Positions 30,584-41,969 of a DNA stretch of 64,000 nt are shown piece after piece. Position 1 is the first letter of the stretch. Each line of letters starts with the position of its first letter. The notes beneath the pieces are model-generated. The model saw only the letters and a list, made by a program, of their open reading frames with translations, searched no databases and was not told where the DNA came from. Position numbers and translations under genes: made by a program. The stretch spans positions 143,953 through 207,952 of IMG/VR virus record IMGVR_UViG_3300023184_000027. One strand, written 5' to 3'.

Positions 30584-30637
30584 ATTTATTTTAATTTAAA
30601 TAAAAAATAATGTTTAAAAAAAAAAGATAAATATAAA

Positions 30638-30680
30638 AAAAAATAACTTTAACATTGTTAATCTGTTAAAGTTATTTTTT
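30638..30680 (-). terminator. AT-rich 17-bp hairpin terminator after fibre gene
   Basis: aaaaaataactttaaca-9nt-tgttaaagttatttttt; TATTTAT motif follows at 30626-30634. Confidence 0.65.
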
Positions 30681-30683
30681 GTG

Positions 30684-33600
30684 TTAAATTTCATCACAAT
30701 AATCGAGAATTGGTGATGTGTTTGGATAACAATTAATTGTTAGGAGAGTATTTACTGGAACAAAAACCGATATAAATAATCCCTCGCAATTACGATAATT
30801 ATAATAACATCCGGTGTATTTTGTAGTTTCAATTCCCATATCTTTATTAGAATTAAGTACGTACTGAATACATTTTGAAACACTTTCTATTGTCGTTGGT
30901 ATTTGGATTGGTGGTAAAAGACTTTCATCAATTTTGACACAACGAACAGATAATCCATTTTGGTTATTCGGTTCAATTACATTCCCTGATTTTTTGACAT
31001 AAGTATCTAATTCAATAGTGTTTTTAAAAGAACTGATTGTTATTGTTCTATTATAATTCAACAACCCTTTTGATGCCCAAAATGATGCGGAATAGCGAAA
31101 AGAATCCTCATATTCAAAAAAACCGGTAGTTTGATTATCACCTCTAACTCCGGCTGGTAAAATACATAACCCGAACTTATCTGATGTTTTAAAATTTTTA
31201 TTAGTAATCCAATGTCTTGTTCCTATTTCACACATTTTAGCACCTGATGTGGGTCCACCCAATGACTCAATTAGATTCTCCCACTCAACACTTGTTGGTA
31301 TACGATACCCAATTGGAGCTAAACCACCTGAATCTGTATTATTCACAGCATAGGAGTTATAAAGAAGACCATAACCTGGTTCACTGTTGACTGTTATTTT
31401 AATATTCCAAATATTAGATACTCTAAGACCATCGATTAAACATGTAGCACCAATACCCTGATTAAAACTAATGATATTTGGTGTGATACCACTTTTAGTC
31501 CCGATTAACGGGCCTATTGTTGGTGATGGTTCTAATCCAAACTCATCACCCTCTTTGAATACATAAAGACTTACACTTGGTGATGTTTTACTATATTTAA
31601 CAACTACAAGATATTTTTCGTTAAAATTATATGTGGTGGTACTAACCGATTGAGGGGTTGTTTGGGTATCATCAAATGATAAACCAAATTTAAATGTTGA
31701 TGTGTTTATTTGTATTATAAATATTCTACCTCTTTCACCACCATCTTTACTTTCTCTAAAACTAAAAAACTTTCCACTAACAGTTGTTAATATTGATACC
31801 TTAATAAGAAATGAACAATAAATATTGTTTGACTCTGCCCCGTTAAATGTGTTATAAACGCTTTCTCCAATAGCATTTAAAGAAATTGAGTTTTTACTCC
31901 AAGTTTCATTATAATAGGTAAAAGTTAATCCTGTTGGTACTACTTTAATCGGGTTAACCCCTGAATTTGTTGTGTGAGATAACCATTGATGTTTGTTCCC
32001 TAAATAATCAATGGTTGATTGATATGTTAAGTTAGTTGTTGCCAAATAATCAAAATTATCGTCTAAAAGTATGTTTTGATATGTGTCTATATAATCGTAG
32101 TTTGGTCTAGTATTAGGGTAACACCAAGCACCTTCTGTTTGTATCATCCAATCACTATCGCTCAAATCATTACCATTACTAATTTTGGTGGTCCCATTCG
32201 CATAAACTTTCACATCCAAATTGGATGTTCTCCAAAAATTACCACCCACGTATACATCACCACTTTTTACAGTTCCAATACGAGGTGTCAAAGGTGGGAA
32301 ATTATGTGAAGAATTTTCTATACTAACGGTAATGGTCACAGGCCCTTCGGGTGTGATAATTGTAAATTTGTTCCTCGATGGGTCCGTACTTATATATTCT
32401 ACACCAGCACTCCATGACCCATCCCATGTAGAGATAGTCACATAGTTTTGTTTTTGATAATATTTGTCACGTGCCGGAGCTACGATTGCTACATTCGGTG
32501 TTTTTGTCATTTTTAAATTAAACTCAATAGAGTTATTTAACCCTATTTCGTCTACACCTTCGTTAACAGTTAGGTGTCCAATTTGTGTCTCACCATAAAC
32601 ACCCCAATTAAATATTTTAATAGAACCGTTTATTGGGTTCGATAAAGTCCAGTTACCGGATGGGTTTTTGTAATCATAATCAACAAAGGTTAATGTTGAC
32701 GTAGACAAATAAATTGGTTTTGGTGTTGGTGTTGGTGTCTTAGTGTTTGTTGGTGTTGGTGTTGGGGTTGGATTAGGGGTTCTTGTTTGTGTTGGTGTTT
32801 TTGTTTGCGTTGGTGTTGGCGTCGGAGTTTGGGTTAATCCTGGTGTTTGTGTTGGTGTTGGCGTCGGAGTTGGTGTTACATTACATATTTCACACTCCTC
32901 ACTAAATTCATAACCATTCCAATATCTAACATGAAGACCACTAAAATAATATCCCTCTGGTGCATCATCATAACATTTAACACCATCGGAATATTGGATA
33001 TTTGTTGCTTCACAAAAATAAGGACTATCCAAACAAAAACTCTCCGTTGTTCCACGGTCAGTACACGCTTGTTCAAAAGTACCGTGTTGAAGTGGTAGAA
33101 TTTTTCTACCAAGTGTTGGTGTCGGTGTTGAAGTTGATGTTCTAGTTGGTGTAGGTTGTAGCTTTTGGGTTTTAGTTGGTGTTGGTGTTTTAGTCGGGGT
33201 TTTAGTTGGTGTTGGTGTTGCACGAGGGGTTTTTGTAACTGTTGGGGTTGGGGTTGGGGTGGCCAACCAAGACTCATCTGATTGGCATGGATTATATTTA
33301 ATACTTGAGGTTAAAGTTGATGTTGAGCCTGTTGCGTAGTATATAGTGTTATTTTTATTTTTGTAATTATCTTTGTTAGCCTCGTATTTTACTGTTCTAA
33401 ATTCTAAACTACAATTAAATTTAAAATTGGCGGTTGATGAAATTTTAAAAGTATAAACATCTCTATTGTTAACATTCGCACTGTCCTTAGTGAGTATATT
33501 AAGATTATTATTAATTAAATCATGTCCTGGGATTCTTTGGGGTAGATAGCTCGTGTTCCAAGTAGTTGCAGAATACCAAGGTGTTTGAGTGATATTTGAA

Positions 33601-34214
33601 GTTGATTTAACTTCTTTATATGGATTAGTCTGTAGAAACCAATGTGTGAAAGAGGTGTTAGGAAATGTTGTTTTATTGATGATGGGATACGTAGTACCAG
33701 AAGGGTATACTAATGGTTCAGTGGAGCTAGATTTTGATTTAACAACGTTAACCGTCTTAGATGATTTTTTAATTTCAACACCATTTTTAAATAAATGTGT
33801 TTTAAATATGAATGTTTGGTTTGTCAATACTTGAATTTCTAACGCAACTTCTCTAAGATAAAAATCTCCCGCATCAAAAGAAAAACTACTAGTGTTAGCG
33901 GAGTATAAAAATCCTGAGGTATTTCCTGAACATACTTCGTTCTTAATATAAATTGGGAATGTTAATAGTTTTTTATCGGAAAAATTAGTTTTTTTTGCAA
34001 AAATAGATGTTGCATTAATAGGTACTTCAACTCTAACTCCAGGGTCGGTAATTAATCTATCTTGAGTTATACCTGAAGCAATAACAGTGCTAGTACCTAA
34101 CGGATTGTATATTTTGGCGGGGTACGATGTTTTCCCTACAATGTAGTAATTAATATCGTAAATACCATCGATGTCTCCTTGACTTACTTTTATATCAAAT
34201 TGTTTATATTCCAT
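30684..34214 (-). CDS. Pro/Thr-stalk virion protein with FISUMP (Fib_succ_major) domain split by a lectin-like insert
   Basis: FWRTSNLDV, GAWCY, YGLLYNSYAV, LAPIGYRIPT..EW, GLSVRCVK; TPTPT tracts. Confidence 0.8.
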   Translation of the reverse strand: MEYKQFDIKVSQGDIDGIYDINYYIVGKTSYPAKIYNPLGTSTVIASGITQDRLITDPGVRVEVPINATSIFAKKTNFSDKKLLTFPIYIKNEVCSGNTSGFLYSANTSSFSFDAGDFYLREVALEIQVLTNQTFIFKTHLFKNGVEIKKSSKTVNVVKSKSSSTEPLVYPSGTTYPIINKTTFPNTSFTHWFLQTNPYKEVKSTSNITQTPWYSATTWNTSYLPQRIPGHDLINNNLNILTKDSANVNNRDVYTFKISSTANFKFNCSLEFRTVKYEANKDNYKNKNNTIYYATGSTSTLTSSIKYNPCQSDESWLATPTPTPTVTKTPRATPTPTKTPTKTPTPTKTQKLQPTPTRTSTSTPTPTLGRKILPLQHGTFEQACTDRGTTESFCLDSPYFCEATNIQYSDGVKCYDDAPEGYYFSGLHVRYWNGYEFSEECEICNVTPTPTPTPTQTPGLTQTPTPTPTQTKTPTQTRTPNPTPTPTPTNTKTPTPTPKPIYLSTSTLTFVDYDYKNPSGNWTLSNPINGSIKIFNWGVYGETQIGHLTVNEGVDEIGLNNSIEFNLKMTKTPNVAIVAPARDKYYQKQNYVTISTWDGSWSAGVEYISTDPSRNKFTIITPEGPVTITVSIENSSHNFPPLTPRIGTVKSGDVYVGGNFWRTSNLDVKVYANGTTKISNGNDLSDSDWMIQTEGAWCYPNTRPNYDYIDTYQNILLDDNFDYLATTNLTYQSTIDYLGNKHQWLSHTTNSGVNPIKVVPTGLTFTYYNETWSKNSISLNAIGESVYNTFNGAESNNIYCSFLIKVSILTTVSGKFFSFRESKDGGERGRIFIIQINTSTFKFGLSFDDTQTTPQSVSTTTYNFNEKYLVVVKYSKTSPSVSLYVFKEGDEFGLEPSPTIGPLIGTKSGITPNIISFNQGIGATCLIDGLRVSNIWNIKITVNSEPGYGLLYNSYAVNNTDSGGLAPIGYRIPTSVEWENLIESLGGPTSGAKMCEIGTRHWITNKNFKTSDKFGLCILPAGVRGDNQTTGFFEYEDSFRYSASFWASKGLLNYNRTITISSFKNTIELDTYVKKSGNVIEPNNQNGLSVRCVKIDESLLPPIQIPTTIESVSKCIQYVLNSNKDMGIETTKYTGCYYNYRNCEGLFISVFVPVNTLLTINCYPNTSPILDYCDEI

Positions 34215-34253
34215 TTTAATTCTTAATTTATTTATTTTTGTGTTAGTTTAATT

Positions 34254-37200
34254 TTATGATAAACAGTTAAAGTCAACGGAAAATTCACCGGTTAAGATGT
34301 TATATGTGTATAATCCAACACAAGAAAGGTTTGAACAACCCTTACCATAAACATCAAACGAATCAAAAGGGTATTCACATAATAGCGAACCTTTTTCTAT
34401 TGTATTTTTAAAACCATAATTACCATTACTAATCATTTCACCACCTGAATAGACTGACATTTTTATTCCGACTACACCATCTTTAAGTTGTCCGTACCAA
34501 TCTGCTTTACAGTTAAGTTGAATTGATGTTACACTACCATTAAGTTTTAATTTTTTAATATCAACGTATACACTTTCTAAACCAGTCGATGATGTATTAT
34601 CTCCTCCCCACCATAAATAAGGTCCACCATATTTACCACTCTTTCTTATGCTCCCTTGTTTACAATATCCAACCGGAATAGACTCCATATAAGGGGTTGT
34701 TTCACCATTTACGTATAGTGTGGTCAAAGTATCTAAATCCTGTCCAGATGTTTGTGAAAAACTATATGTAAATACAACATAATCAGCATTAAGTATTATT
34801 GGTATTTTTGTTGGTGTTGGTGTAAGTGTTGGTGTAATTGTTGGTTTTGGTGTCCTAGTTGGTGTGTGGGTTGGTGTTTGAGTTGGTGTTGGTGTTGGTA
34901 CACCAATTTCTTGTGCGATGAAATTATATACAGGGTTAAGAACGCCTAAATTTTTTCCATCTATGTAAAAGGTGATATGCTTAGTTGATATTAATACTCT
35001 AGCAACATATGTCATTGGTTGTGTGTAATCCACATTAAATGTGTAGTAATCGGTAACATTTTCACAGTTTGATAAACTGGATAATAAAGTACCCCCTTTA
35101 GACCATTCATTCTCAATTGTGGTTGATGTTACACTAGAAAAGAATATATCGTTTTTATATATTGTTAATGTAATAGGAACGCCACCTGTTGATGATTTTA
35201 TTTCTAAAGACGCAGTTCTTTCTGTGTATGGACTTAATAATTTAAACTCATCACATTTTGAAAATGATATGGAATCTCTTGTATCGTTAAAAACAAACCC
35301 AAATCTATTATCAGGTGATAATGTACTATCACTTTTAAGTCGATATTTAAATGGTATTATATTAGGTGGTGTGAAACAACGTAATTTATCTATTGACCAA
35401 TTAGACCCTCCAATTGGTGAAATCGCAACAATTCTAATTGTTGTTACACCAGAAGTTGTTTTATTAAATTTTAATCTAATATTTCCATCGGCAATATTTA
35501 TGCCATAATACTTATCGACACCTATTTGAGGTGATGGTGTTGAGGTTCCATAAAATCTGTCCCCGTCACTCGCAATGTCTCTTAAATCAAAAGATACGTT
35601 AATTATTGGTGTAATATGTGGTCTCCATCCATTATTTTCGTATATATATCTATTTAATGATTTTACTTTAATAATCTCGTCAATATAATATTGGCGTTCA
35701 TCACTAAACAATTTATTCCCAATAAATAAAGAATCACAAACCAATTTGTTATCCCAATAAATTTGGAATCTATCGGGAAGTTCTGCAGAATCAAAATCTA
35801 ACGATGTTATTCCGGTTAATGTTCCAATATTTGTTGTCATCTCATAATAACCTTTACCAAAATTTGAGATTTGATTAAAACCTTCACCACAAGGTATAAC
35901 TATGACGTTATTATTTTTACATAAATATGTCGACCCAATTGTGTACGTAATGTTATTTAATGGTGATTTTGTGATTATACTATTTATAGTAATTTCAGAT
36001 ATAATATCGGATGAACTAAAATATGTACCATAAGGTATTAATGTTTTTGATAATGTAGGTGATGTTGTTGCGGTATATGTTTTAGTTTTATTACCACTTT
36101 TAACATCAACAGATAAACTAACCTCATTGTGTGTTGGTGTGTTAGCATTTGTTGTTTTACTAACACCAACAATATAAAAACCTTTAGATGTTTTATCATC
36201 ACAATTTTCAGAAATGTTTAATATAATTTCATCCGGTTTACTATAATAAAAAGGTGTATAATTAATCCAATCAATTAAAGGTAAATAAAACCCTTCAGGT
36301 GCTGAAACATATGAACCACCTGAAAATATTAATAAGTCATTAATTGATGAATAATCAGAAGATGTTTTTTTTACCAAACCTTGATAACATTTATCATTAC
36401 TTTCTAATGTTGTTGGGTCAAAAGTTCGGGAATCATCCATTAATAATTTAGTTTGTGTTAATGAAGTGATAGAGGTATCCGTTAAAAACCAATTACTAAT
36501 ATATGATGGGTAAAAAGAATTGGTTTGGGTTTCATTATTAATTCTTATTATTTTCCCAGATTCAACCTGATATGTTTTAATAGGTTGGGTTGGGAGTATT
36601 CTTGAAGGGCTCCCATCAATAGTCCCTCCGTATGGCGCACCTGTGTAGAACCCTTTTAAGGCTTTATTACAACCTGATGGGTCTAAATAAACGTTTCTAC
36701 CAACAGTCAAACCAAATGTGTCTCTGTTATCAAAAAATAATCTAACGGATTCTGAAACAACTGGTGATTTGGTTGTCCCAAACTCAACCCATGATATATT
36801 TGTATATTTTGAATCTAAAATCCCCATATATATGTCGGGGATTGATTCAGAATAGTTCCCATGTGTTATAGCAAATTCATACGATGAATCCAATAATGCT
36901 TTTGCTTTGTTATTAGCATCTAATTGACTGATACAACTAAACACTTGTCCCGCAGGAATTGTGATTTTTGATGATGTAAAAATTTCTAAATCACAAGAAT
37001 TGTCGGGGATTTCTTGTTCTAACAGTGTGTTAAAATAAGTAAAGTTAATACCGTTTTTACATAATGGTTCAGGTTTACCTGATATGTAAGGTAATATTAT
37101 TAGGCGTTCCCAAGATGTGACTAATGTGGGGTCATCGGGCATTATTGAGGATTGACTAGATTGTGTTATCGTTTTTGCACCTTCTTGGAAATAATCATAA

Positions 37201-38723
37201 AAAATACCCGAACATTGAGTCTTACTTGTTATCTTTCCTTCGTTGTTTGGAGTGTAATAATAAATCCCATCACAATAAATCCCTGGTAATGCCGCAGAAT
37301 TTGTTTTGTCTGACAATGTGTCGTTAATTTCTATATATGGTGAAGGTGTATATCTATGTAAAAATATCTTACAATCTTCTTTTGTGGTTATTGTTGTTTT
37401 TTTGAAAAGTTTAATAACCACCGTAAAAACTAAAATCACTAAACCAACAATTGCTAATATTGTACCAATACCGGGGGCTACATTCATACCCAAAATACTT
37501 GCAACCGCAGTCTGACAACCACAAGCAGCCATAAGATGCCAACCAGCACCTATGTTAATTATGTCAACAACTAACACTCCAATTCCAAGAGCTGCCCCTG
37601 TTGCTGCGAAATTAGCCCCACTTTTCCAAGTCATAATTCCTGACATTCCTTTAATACTTAATATTTTACGCCAATCAGTTTCACTAGAATCATAACCATT
37701 TACTAATCCCGACCCTAATTTAATTAACGCGTGTAAAGAACCTATGATGGGATAATGTGACTTATTAGAATAACTATATAAAGTAAAAGTATTTTTACTT
37801 GAATCGTCGATAACATTATCATCATACCCAAGGTAATAACGATAACTCTCCGGATTAACTAAATCTGTTTGTGAAATAATTTCTTTAATTTTACCAATAT
37901 CGCTCATTTTTGGAATAACACAAGCCGATGATGTGTCGGTATCACTACTATAATATGACCTAGGTCCATCAGTTATTGTTGTTGTTTTTGTTTTAGAGAA
38001 AGCATTTTTTTTAACTGTTCTATAATATGTTGTCGAACCAAAAGCTCTATCAAGTTCCCCACCAACTTTATATACATTACGACCGTACCCATAATAATAG
38101 GGTAAAGCCGGATTACTAAAAAATGGTGAAGAATAAACCAATGTGTTAGTGGTCCAACCAGTTATGTTAGTAAAAGAATATAGTTTTGTTCTTAATTTAG
38201 GGGTATTGAATGAGTCGTAAGGTGAATAAACGTGCATTCCAACATCATATGAATAAACATCATCAGGACATCCATATTTTATATATACTGACGATGGTTC
38301 GTCTTTAACTTTATATTGTCCTAACCCAATATTAATTAATAATGTCTCTGAAGTATTAGTTTGGTCTGAATTTACAATAATATGGTATGTTATTTCACCT
38401 ATAACTCCGTCTTTCTTAAACACGTTCACATTCATTAAATCTGAATCTGCGGGAATATATAACCCATTTTTATTTGTCGAGACAGACGCTGGTGCCCCAT
38501 TAGGGTGTACAAAAGACACACATCCGTAATCAACATTATCGGATGGGCGAATCTCAATTGTTATTACACCATGATTTGTGTTATCATGACTTAATTTTAA
38601 AGGGATTATTTTGGTTGCGAATCGTAAATCTCTAGGAAAATCAGAACTCTTTATGAATTTTGGTGATGACGAATCATAATCGGATTCGGTAAAAATGTAT
38701 ATTGGTGATGTATTTTGTAACAT
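34254..38723 (-). CDS. Large multidomain virion protein with internal hydrophobic hairpin and DUF5977-like motif
   Basis: 1489 aa; IPAGQVFSCISQLDANNKA; GQDLDT...WGGDN..GLESV C-domain; PT tract. Confidence 0.7.
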   Translation of the reverse strand: MLQNTSPIYIFTESDYDSSSPKFIKSSDFPRDLRFATKIIPLKLSHDNTNHGVITIEIRPSDNVDYGCVSFVHPNGAPASVSTNKNGLYIPADSDLMNVNVFKKDGVIGEITYHIIVNSDQTNTSETLLINIGLGQYKVKDEPSSVYIKYGCPDDVYSYDVGMHVYSPYDSFNTPKLRTKLYSFTNITGWTTNTLVYSSPFFSNPALPYYYGYGRNVYKVGGELDRAFGSTTYYRTVKKNAFSKTKTTTITDGPRSYYSSDTDTSSACVIPKMSDIGKIKEIISQTDLVNPESYRYYLGYDDNVIDDSSKNTFTLYSYSNKSHYPIIGSLHALIKLGSGLVNGYDSSETDWRKILSIKGMSGIMTWKSGANFAATGAALGIGVLVVDIINIGAGWHLMAACGCQTAVASILGMNVAPGIGTILAIVGLVILVFTVVIKLFKKTTITTKEDCKIFLHRYTPSPYIEINDTLSDKTNSAALPGIYCDGIYYYTPNNEGKITSKTQCSGIFYDYFQEGAKTITQSSQSSIMPDDPTLVTSWERLIILPYISGKPEPLCKNGINFTYFNTLLEQEIPDNSCDLEIFTSSKITIPAGQVFSCISQLDANNKAKALLDSSYEFAITHGNYSESIPDIYMGILDSKYTNISWVEFGTTKSPVVSESVRLFFDNRDTFGLTVGRNVYLDPSGCNKALKGFYTGAPYGGTIDGSPSRILPTQPIKTYQVESGKIIRINNETQTNSFYPSYISNWFLTDTSITSLTQTKLLMDDSRTFDPTTLESNDKCYQGLVKKTSSDYSSINDLLIFSGGSYVSAPEGFYLPLIDWINYTPFYYSKPDEIILNISENCDDKTSKGFYIVGVSKTTNANTPTHNEVSLSVDVKSGNKTKTYTATTSPTLSKTLIPYGTYFSSSDIISEITINSIITKSPLNNITYTIGSTYLCKNNNVIVIPCGEGFNQISNFGKGYYEMTTNIGTLTGITSLDFDSAELPDRFQIYWDNKLVCDSLFIGNKLFSDERQYYIDEIIKVKSLNRYIYENNGWRPHITPIINVSFDLRDIASDGDRFYGTSTPSPQIGVDKYYGINIADGNIRLKFNKTTSGVTTIRIVAISPIGGSNWSIDKLRCFTPPNIIPFKYRLKSDSTLSPDNRFGFVFNDTRDSISFSKCDEFKLLSPYTERTASLEIKSSTGGVPITLTIYKNDIFFSSVTSTTIENEWSKGGTLLSSLSNCENVTDYYTFNVDYTQPMTYVARVLISTKHITFYIDGKNLGVLNPVYNFIAQEIGVPTPTPTQTPTHTPTRTPKPTITPTLTPTPTKIPIILNADYVVFTYSFSQTSGQDLDTLTTLYVNGETTPYMESIPVGYCKQGSIRKSGKYGGPYLWWGGDNTSSTGLESVYVDIKKLKLNGSVTSIQLNCKADWYGQLKDGVVGIKMSVYSGGEMISNGNYGFKNTIEKGSLLCEYPFDSFDVYGKGCSNLSCVGLYTYNILTGEFSVDFNCLS

Positions 38724-38736
38724 ATGTATTTATTTA

Positions 38737-40779
38737 TTAATCTCTTATTAATCTTATTGATAACCCAGCCTTTTTATTCCAACCATCATTACTCGATACT
38801 TGTCTAACAGTAAGGGATGGTGAATCATAACTTATTTCAATTATACCGCCATGAGGACCAAAAGGTCCGACATCACTACCGTTTGATGACCACCAATAAC
38901 CTATCCGATTTAAGTTGGTGAATGCGTTCTGACCATAGTTAAAACCTTTATAAGTCCACGCAACATTTCTGAAACCACCTGGTAAAGCCGTGAAACCAGT
39001 ATCATTAGTAGCACCTGAATTAGGTGATAACCAGTGAGTTGTTCCTGTTTCTTTTAGTTTACCACCGGCGGTTCCACCTAAAGCATTTTTTAACATAGAC
39101 CAGTCGTAGTCTGTGGGTATTTTCCAACCTGTTGGTGCTAACCCTCTTTTGTCGTTCACAGCGTACCAATTATATAAATATCCGTATGTATTACGATTGG
39201 ACGGGTCATTGTTATAATAACAATAAGCACCTGTAGTTAATTTTGCCCAATCTGTTGCACTCGTTACAAGTGGGATTGGGTCTCCATTAATATAATGGTC
39301 AACCTCTAAATTTTTAGAAGACCAAATTTTGTTGTAATTTGTTCCTTTAATAATTGTAGTATCTGGAATACCGCTTGATTCTGAACCATTACATTCAAGA
39401 ATATTAGAACTACAATATGATTTATCTATAATCAAACCGTTGAGTACTTCATATATAACAGAATACTGTGAATAATTACCATTAATTATTTGTGAATAAT
39501 AACCATTTGGGGATATAGGTGGTGATAATTTTGTTTTAGTTTTTATGGTTGAATAATAATAGTCATAACCACCATTACAAATCAGTCCACTCGTGGATTT
39601 TTCAAATAGTGTCTCGGTGGATACTGTAAATGAAATGGTTTGCAAACCTTCGGATATATATTTTAATTGATAAACATCATCAAAATTATTAGAGTTTTTT
39701 GCAACCCTTAATATCTCAATATTGTAATTTCCAGTAATATTGTTAAATGATTTGATTTTTTCACCGTTTTTATATAAATAAAAAGAATAACTCATGGTTG
39801 AAACTGATGGTTCACACTTAAGACTTATAATTTTTGTACCAAGCCACCTGTCACATCCGATACTACTACTATAATTGGAGACATATACTTCTTTAAAAGT
39901 TCCGCCGCCAGATGATACCATTGTGGATGTACTGAACTCCCAACCAACTCGGATTGCCTTGTCTGGCGGTAAAAATATCATTATTGATTGTAATTTTGGG
40001 CTACCATACCAAAATGAATTAACTGTGAGACCATTATTAATATACAGATTATCCCTATTATCAAAATACACTGTTTTTTGTTCGTCGCACGATGAACATA
40101 ATTTATCCTTGTCAATATTAAAACAAAACTCAGAAGTTTGATATGAACAATCCTTATAAAATAACGCATACAAAGTTGTTCCATCCTTTATCTGAGCATT
40201 AATTGACTCATCGCTTTCACTTCCCCGACGACCTGGTTCATTTACTCTCCATTTTTCATTTGTCCACCCATAAAACGACGAACCAAATGCGGGTATAGCA
40301 GTTATGTTAACCTTAGTATTTTCTTTACTAATTTTAGTTATTGTGGTTGCGGTAATTGTTCCATCGGTAACTAAACCGGAAGAACAAGGAGTTTGGGGTG
40401 AAGCAACGAAAACCGTTGTGGCGGTATATGGATTAACCTGAGTTATAACAATTCCAACATCGCACGGAATTTCAACAGGTGCGGATATAGATGTAGTAGG
40501 ACAAACCTTATCAAATAATGCATACAAAGTAACACCATCGTATATTTGTAACCTAAATGATTTATCCTGTTCCGCACCACGAATACCTGAATACCCACCT
40601 CTCCATTGTTCAGGTGTCCACCCATTAAAGTTTGAACCATTTTTAGTTATTGCCGTTATCTGAACCCTTTGACCCTGTTTACCTGATATATATATTGTGG
40701 TACCAGTATTTCCTTGGGCAGCAATTTCACCATAAGCACAAGAAGATTGGAATAAAGCTTTGAGAACCATTGTTGCCAT
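38737..40779 (-). CDS. Protein with two divergent InlB-B-like repeats and a C-terminal FISUMP domain
   Basis: V.ITA...GS.F.GWT...TLYALF x2; WSSKNLEV, GAYCYYNND, YGYLYNWYAV, APTGWKIPT, GFTALPGG, GLSIRLIRD. Confidence 0.85.
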   Translation of the reverse strand: MATMVLKALFQSSCAYGEIAAQGNTGTTIYISGKQGQRVQITAITKNGSNFNGWTPEQWRGGYSGIRGAEQDKSFRLQIYDGVTLYALFDKVCPTTSISAPVEIPCDVGIVITQVNPYTATTVFVASPQTPCSSGLVTDGTITATTITKISKENTKVNITAIPAFGSSFYGWTNEKWRVNEPGRRGSESDESINAQIKDGTTLYALFYKDCSYQTSEFCFNIDKDKLCSSCDEQKTVYFDNRDNLYINNGLTVNSFWYGSPKLQSIMIFLPPDKAIRVGWEFSTSTMVSSGGGTFKEVYVSNYSSSIGCDRWLGTKIISLKCEPSVSTMSYSFYLYKNGEKIKSFNNITGNYNIEILRVAKNSNNFDDVYQLKYISEGLQTISFTVSTETLFEKSTSGLICNGGYDYYYSTIKTKTKLSPPISPNGYYSQIINGNYSQYSVIYEVLNGLIIDKSYCSSNILECNGSESSGIPDTTIIKGTNYNKIWSSKNLEVDHYINGDPIPLVTSATDWAKLTTGAYCYYNNDPSNRNTYGYLYNWYAVNDKRGLAPTGWKIPTDYDWSMLKNALGGTAGGKLKETGTTHWLSPNSGATNDTGFTALPGGFRNVAWTYKGFNYGQNAFTNLNRIGYWWSSNGSDVGPFGPHGGIIEISYDSPSLTVRQVSSNDGWNKKAGLSIRLIRD

Positions 40780-40850
40780 TTGTAATCTTTTTATTAATTT
40801 TTATTGTTAATCTTATCTTATTATATATATCCATAAATTACACATATTCT

Positions 40851-41969
40851 TTAACATTGTACCGCAATATGAGTTCTAGTAAAAAGATAAGAATCTAAAA
40901 CACTATTATCTGTTGCGTCTTTAATATCAAGACGTATATTACTTGTATATGTGTTAGTTCCCGTTCCCATATATCTAAATGCCGCAATTCCAAAATTATA
41001 TTTTTTACTATTTCCAGCAGATATTGAATTATTTGAAAGATTACTAAACACTTTAGTAACTCCTGTCCCACCAGGAAGGGTGGTAGTATATGCTGCTCCT
41101 CCCGTAAATATAGATGTAATATCCACTTTTATATTTATTGACGTATTAACCGTAACGGTAACACTATTCCAACATTCCGGGAAATTTTCAAAATCGTTAA
41201 CAACTGTTAAAGATGTTAAAAGATGTGTTGGTGTAGGTGTTTTTGTCGGTGTAGGTGTTTTTGTAGGAGTTAATGACTGTGTGGGGGTTATTGTTGGGGT
41301 TAATGTTGGAGTATTTGTTGGGGTTTCCATCGGAGACGCCCCTGGCGTTCCAGTAACAGTTGATGTTACAGTCGTTGTTGGTGTTTGAGTTGGAGTTGTC
41401 GTTGGTGTTTGAGTTAATGTCATCGTAGGTGTTATTGTTGGTGTAGATGTGTTAGTGATTGTTGGTGTTTGAGTATTTGTTGGTGTTGGAGATATTTCGA
41501 TTGTTTGACAACTATTATTAACACAAACATCTGTAATTGAAATGTTCACATTTTCATCCGCAAATGGCAATCTACCACAAACATAAAATGTTGTTGATTG
41601 AGGGATTATACCAGTAAACATAGTTCCATTACATTGAGTATATCCAAAATTTAAATTACCTATCCCAACATTAATAAACGCAATACAATTACATGAAATG
41701 TTTGTTGGAGTTATTGTTGGTGTTTGTGTTAATGTTGGTGTTGGTGTAGGGGTAAAACAATTAATATAATTCATTGTTTCACATCCTTTACTATCAGTTA
41801 TAACTACTAATAATTGGTTAACTCCATTTAGTTGTGTTGGAGGTGTTATTGTTATAGGTGCTGAAGTCACACCACTAATTACAAAATAACAATAAGTGTA
41901 TGTCATATCACATACTGTGATAATAAAGGGTGGATGCCCCACTAAACTAGTGATTTCTATTGACTGCAT
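40851..41969 (-). CDS. Pro/Thr-rich, Cys-containing putative virion protein
   Basis: ~90-residue TPT tract between small beta domains; ATATTTATC at 41973-41981 just upstream. Confidence 0.7.
   Translation of the reverse strand: MQSIEITSLVGHPPFIITVCDMTYTYCYFVISGVTSAPITITPPTQLNGVNQLLVVITDSKGCETMNYINCFTPTPTPTLTQTPTITPTNISCNCIAFINVGIGNLNFGYTQCNGTMFTGIIPQSTTFYVCGRLPFADENVNISITDVCVNNSCQTIEISPTPTNTQTPTITNTSTPTITPTMTLTQTPTTTPTQTPTTTVTSTVTGTPGASPMETPTNTPTLTPTITPTQSLTPTKTPTPTKTPTPTHLLTSLTVVNDFENFPECWNSVTVTVNTSINIKVDITSIFTGGAAYTTTLPGGTGVTKVFSNLSNNSISAGNSKKYNFGIAAFRYMGTGTNTYTSNIRLDIKDATDNSVLDSYLFTRTHIAVQC

Noticed and set aside
30684-40779. FISUMP C-termini as diversity-generating retroelement targets
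   Set aside because: No reverse transcriptase and no adenine-variant template repeat seen in the window; a DGR elsewhere cannot be excluded
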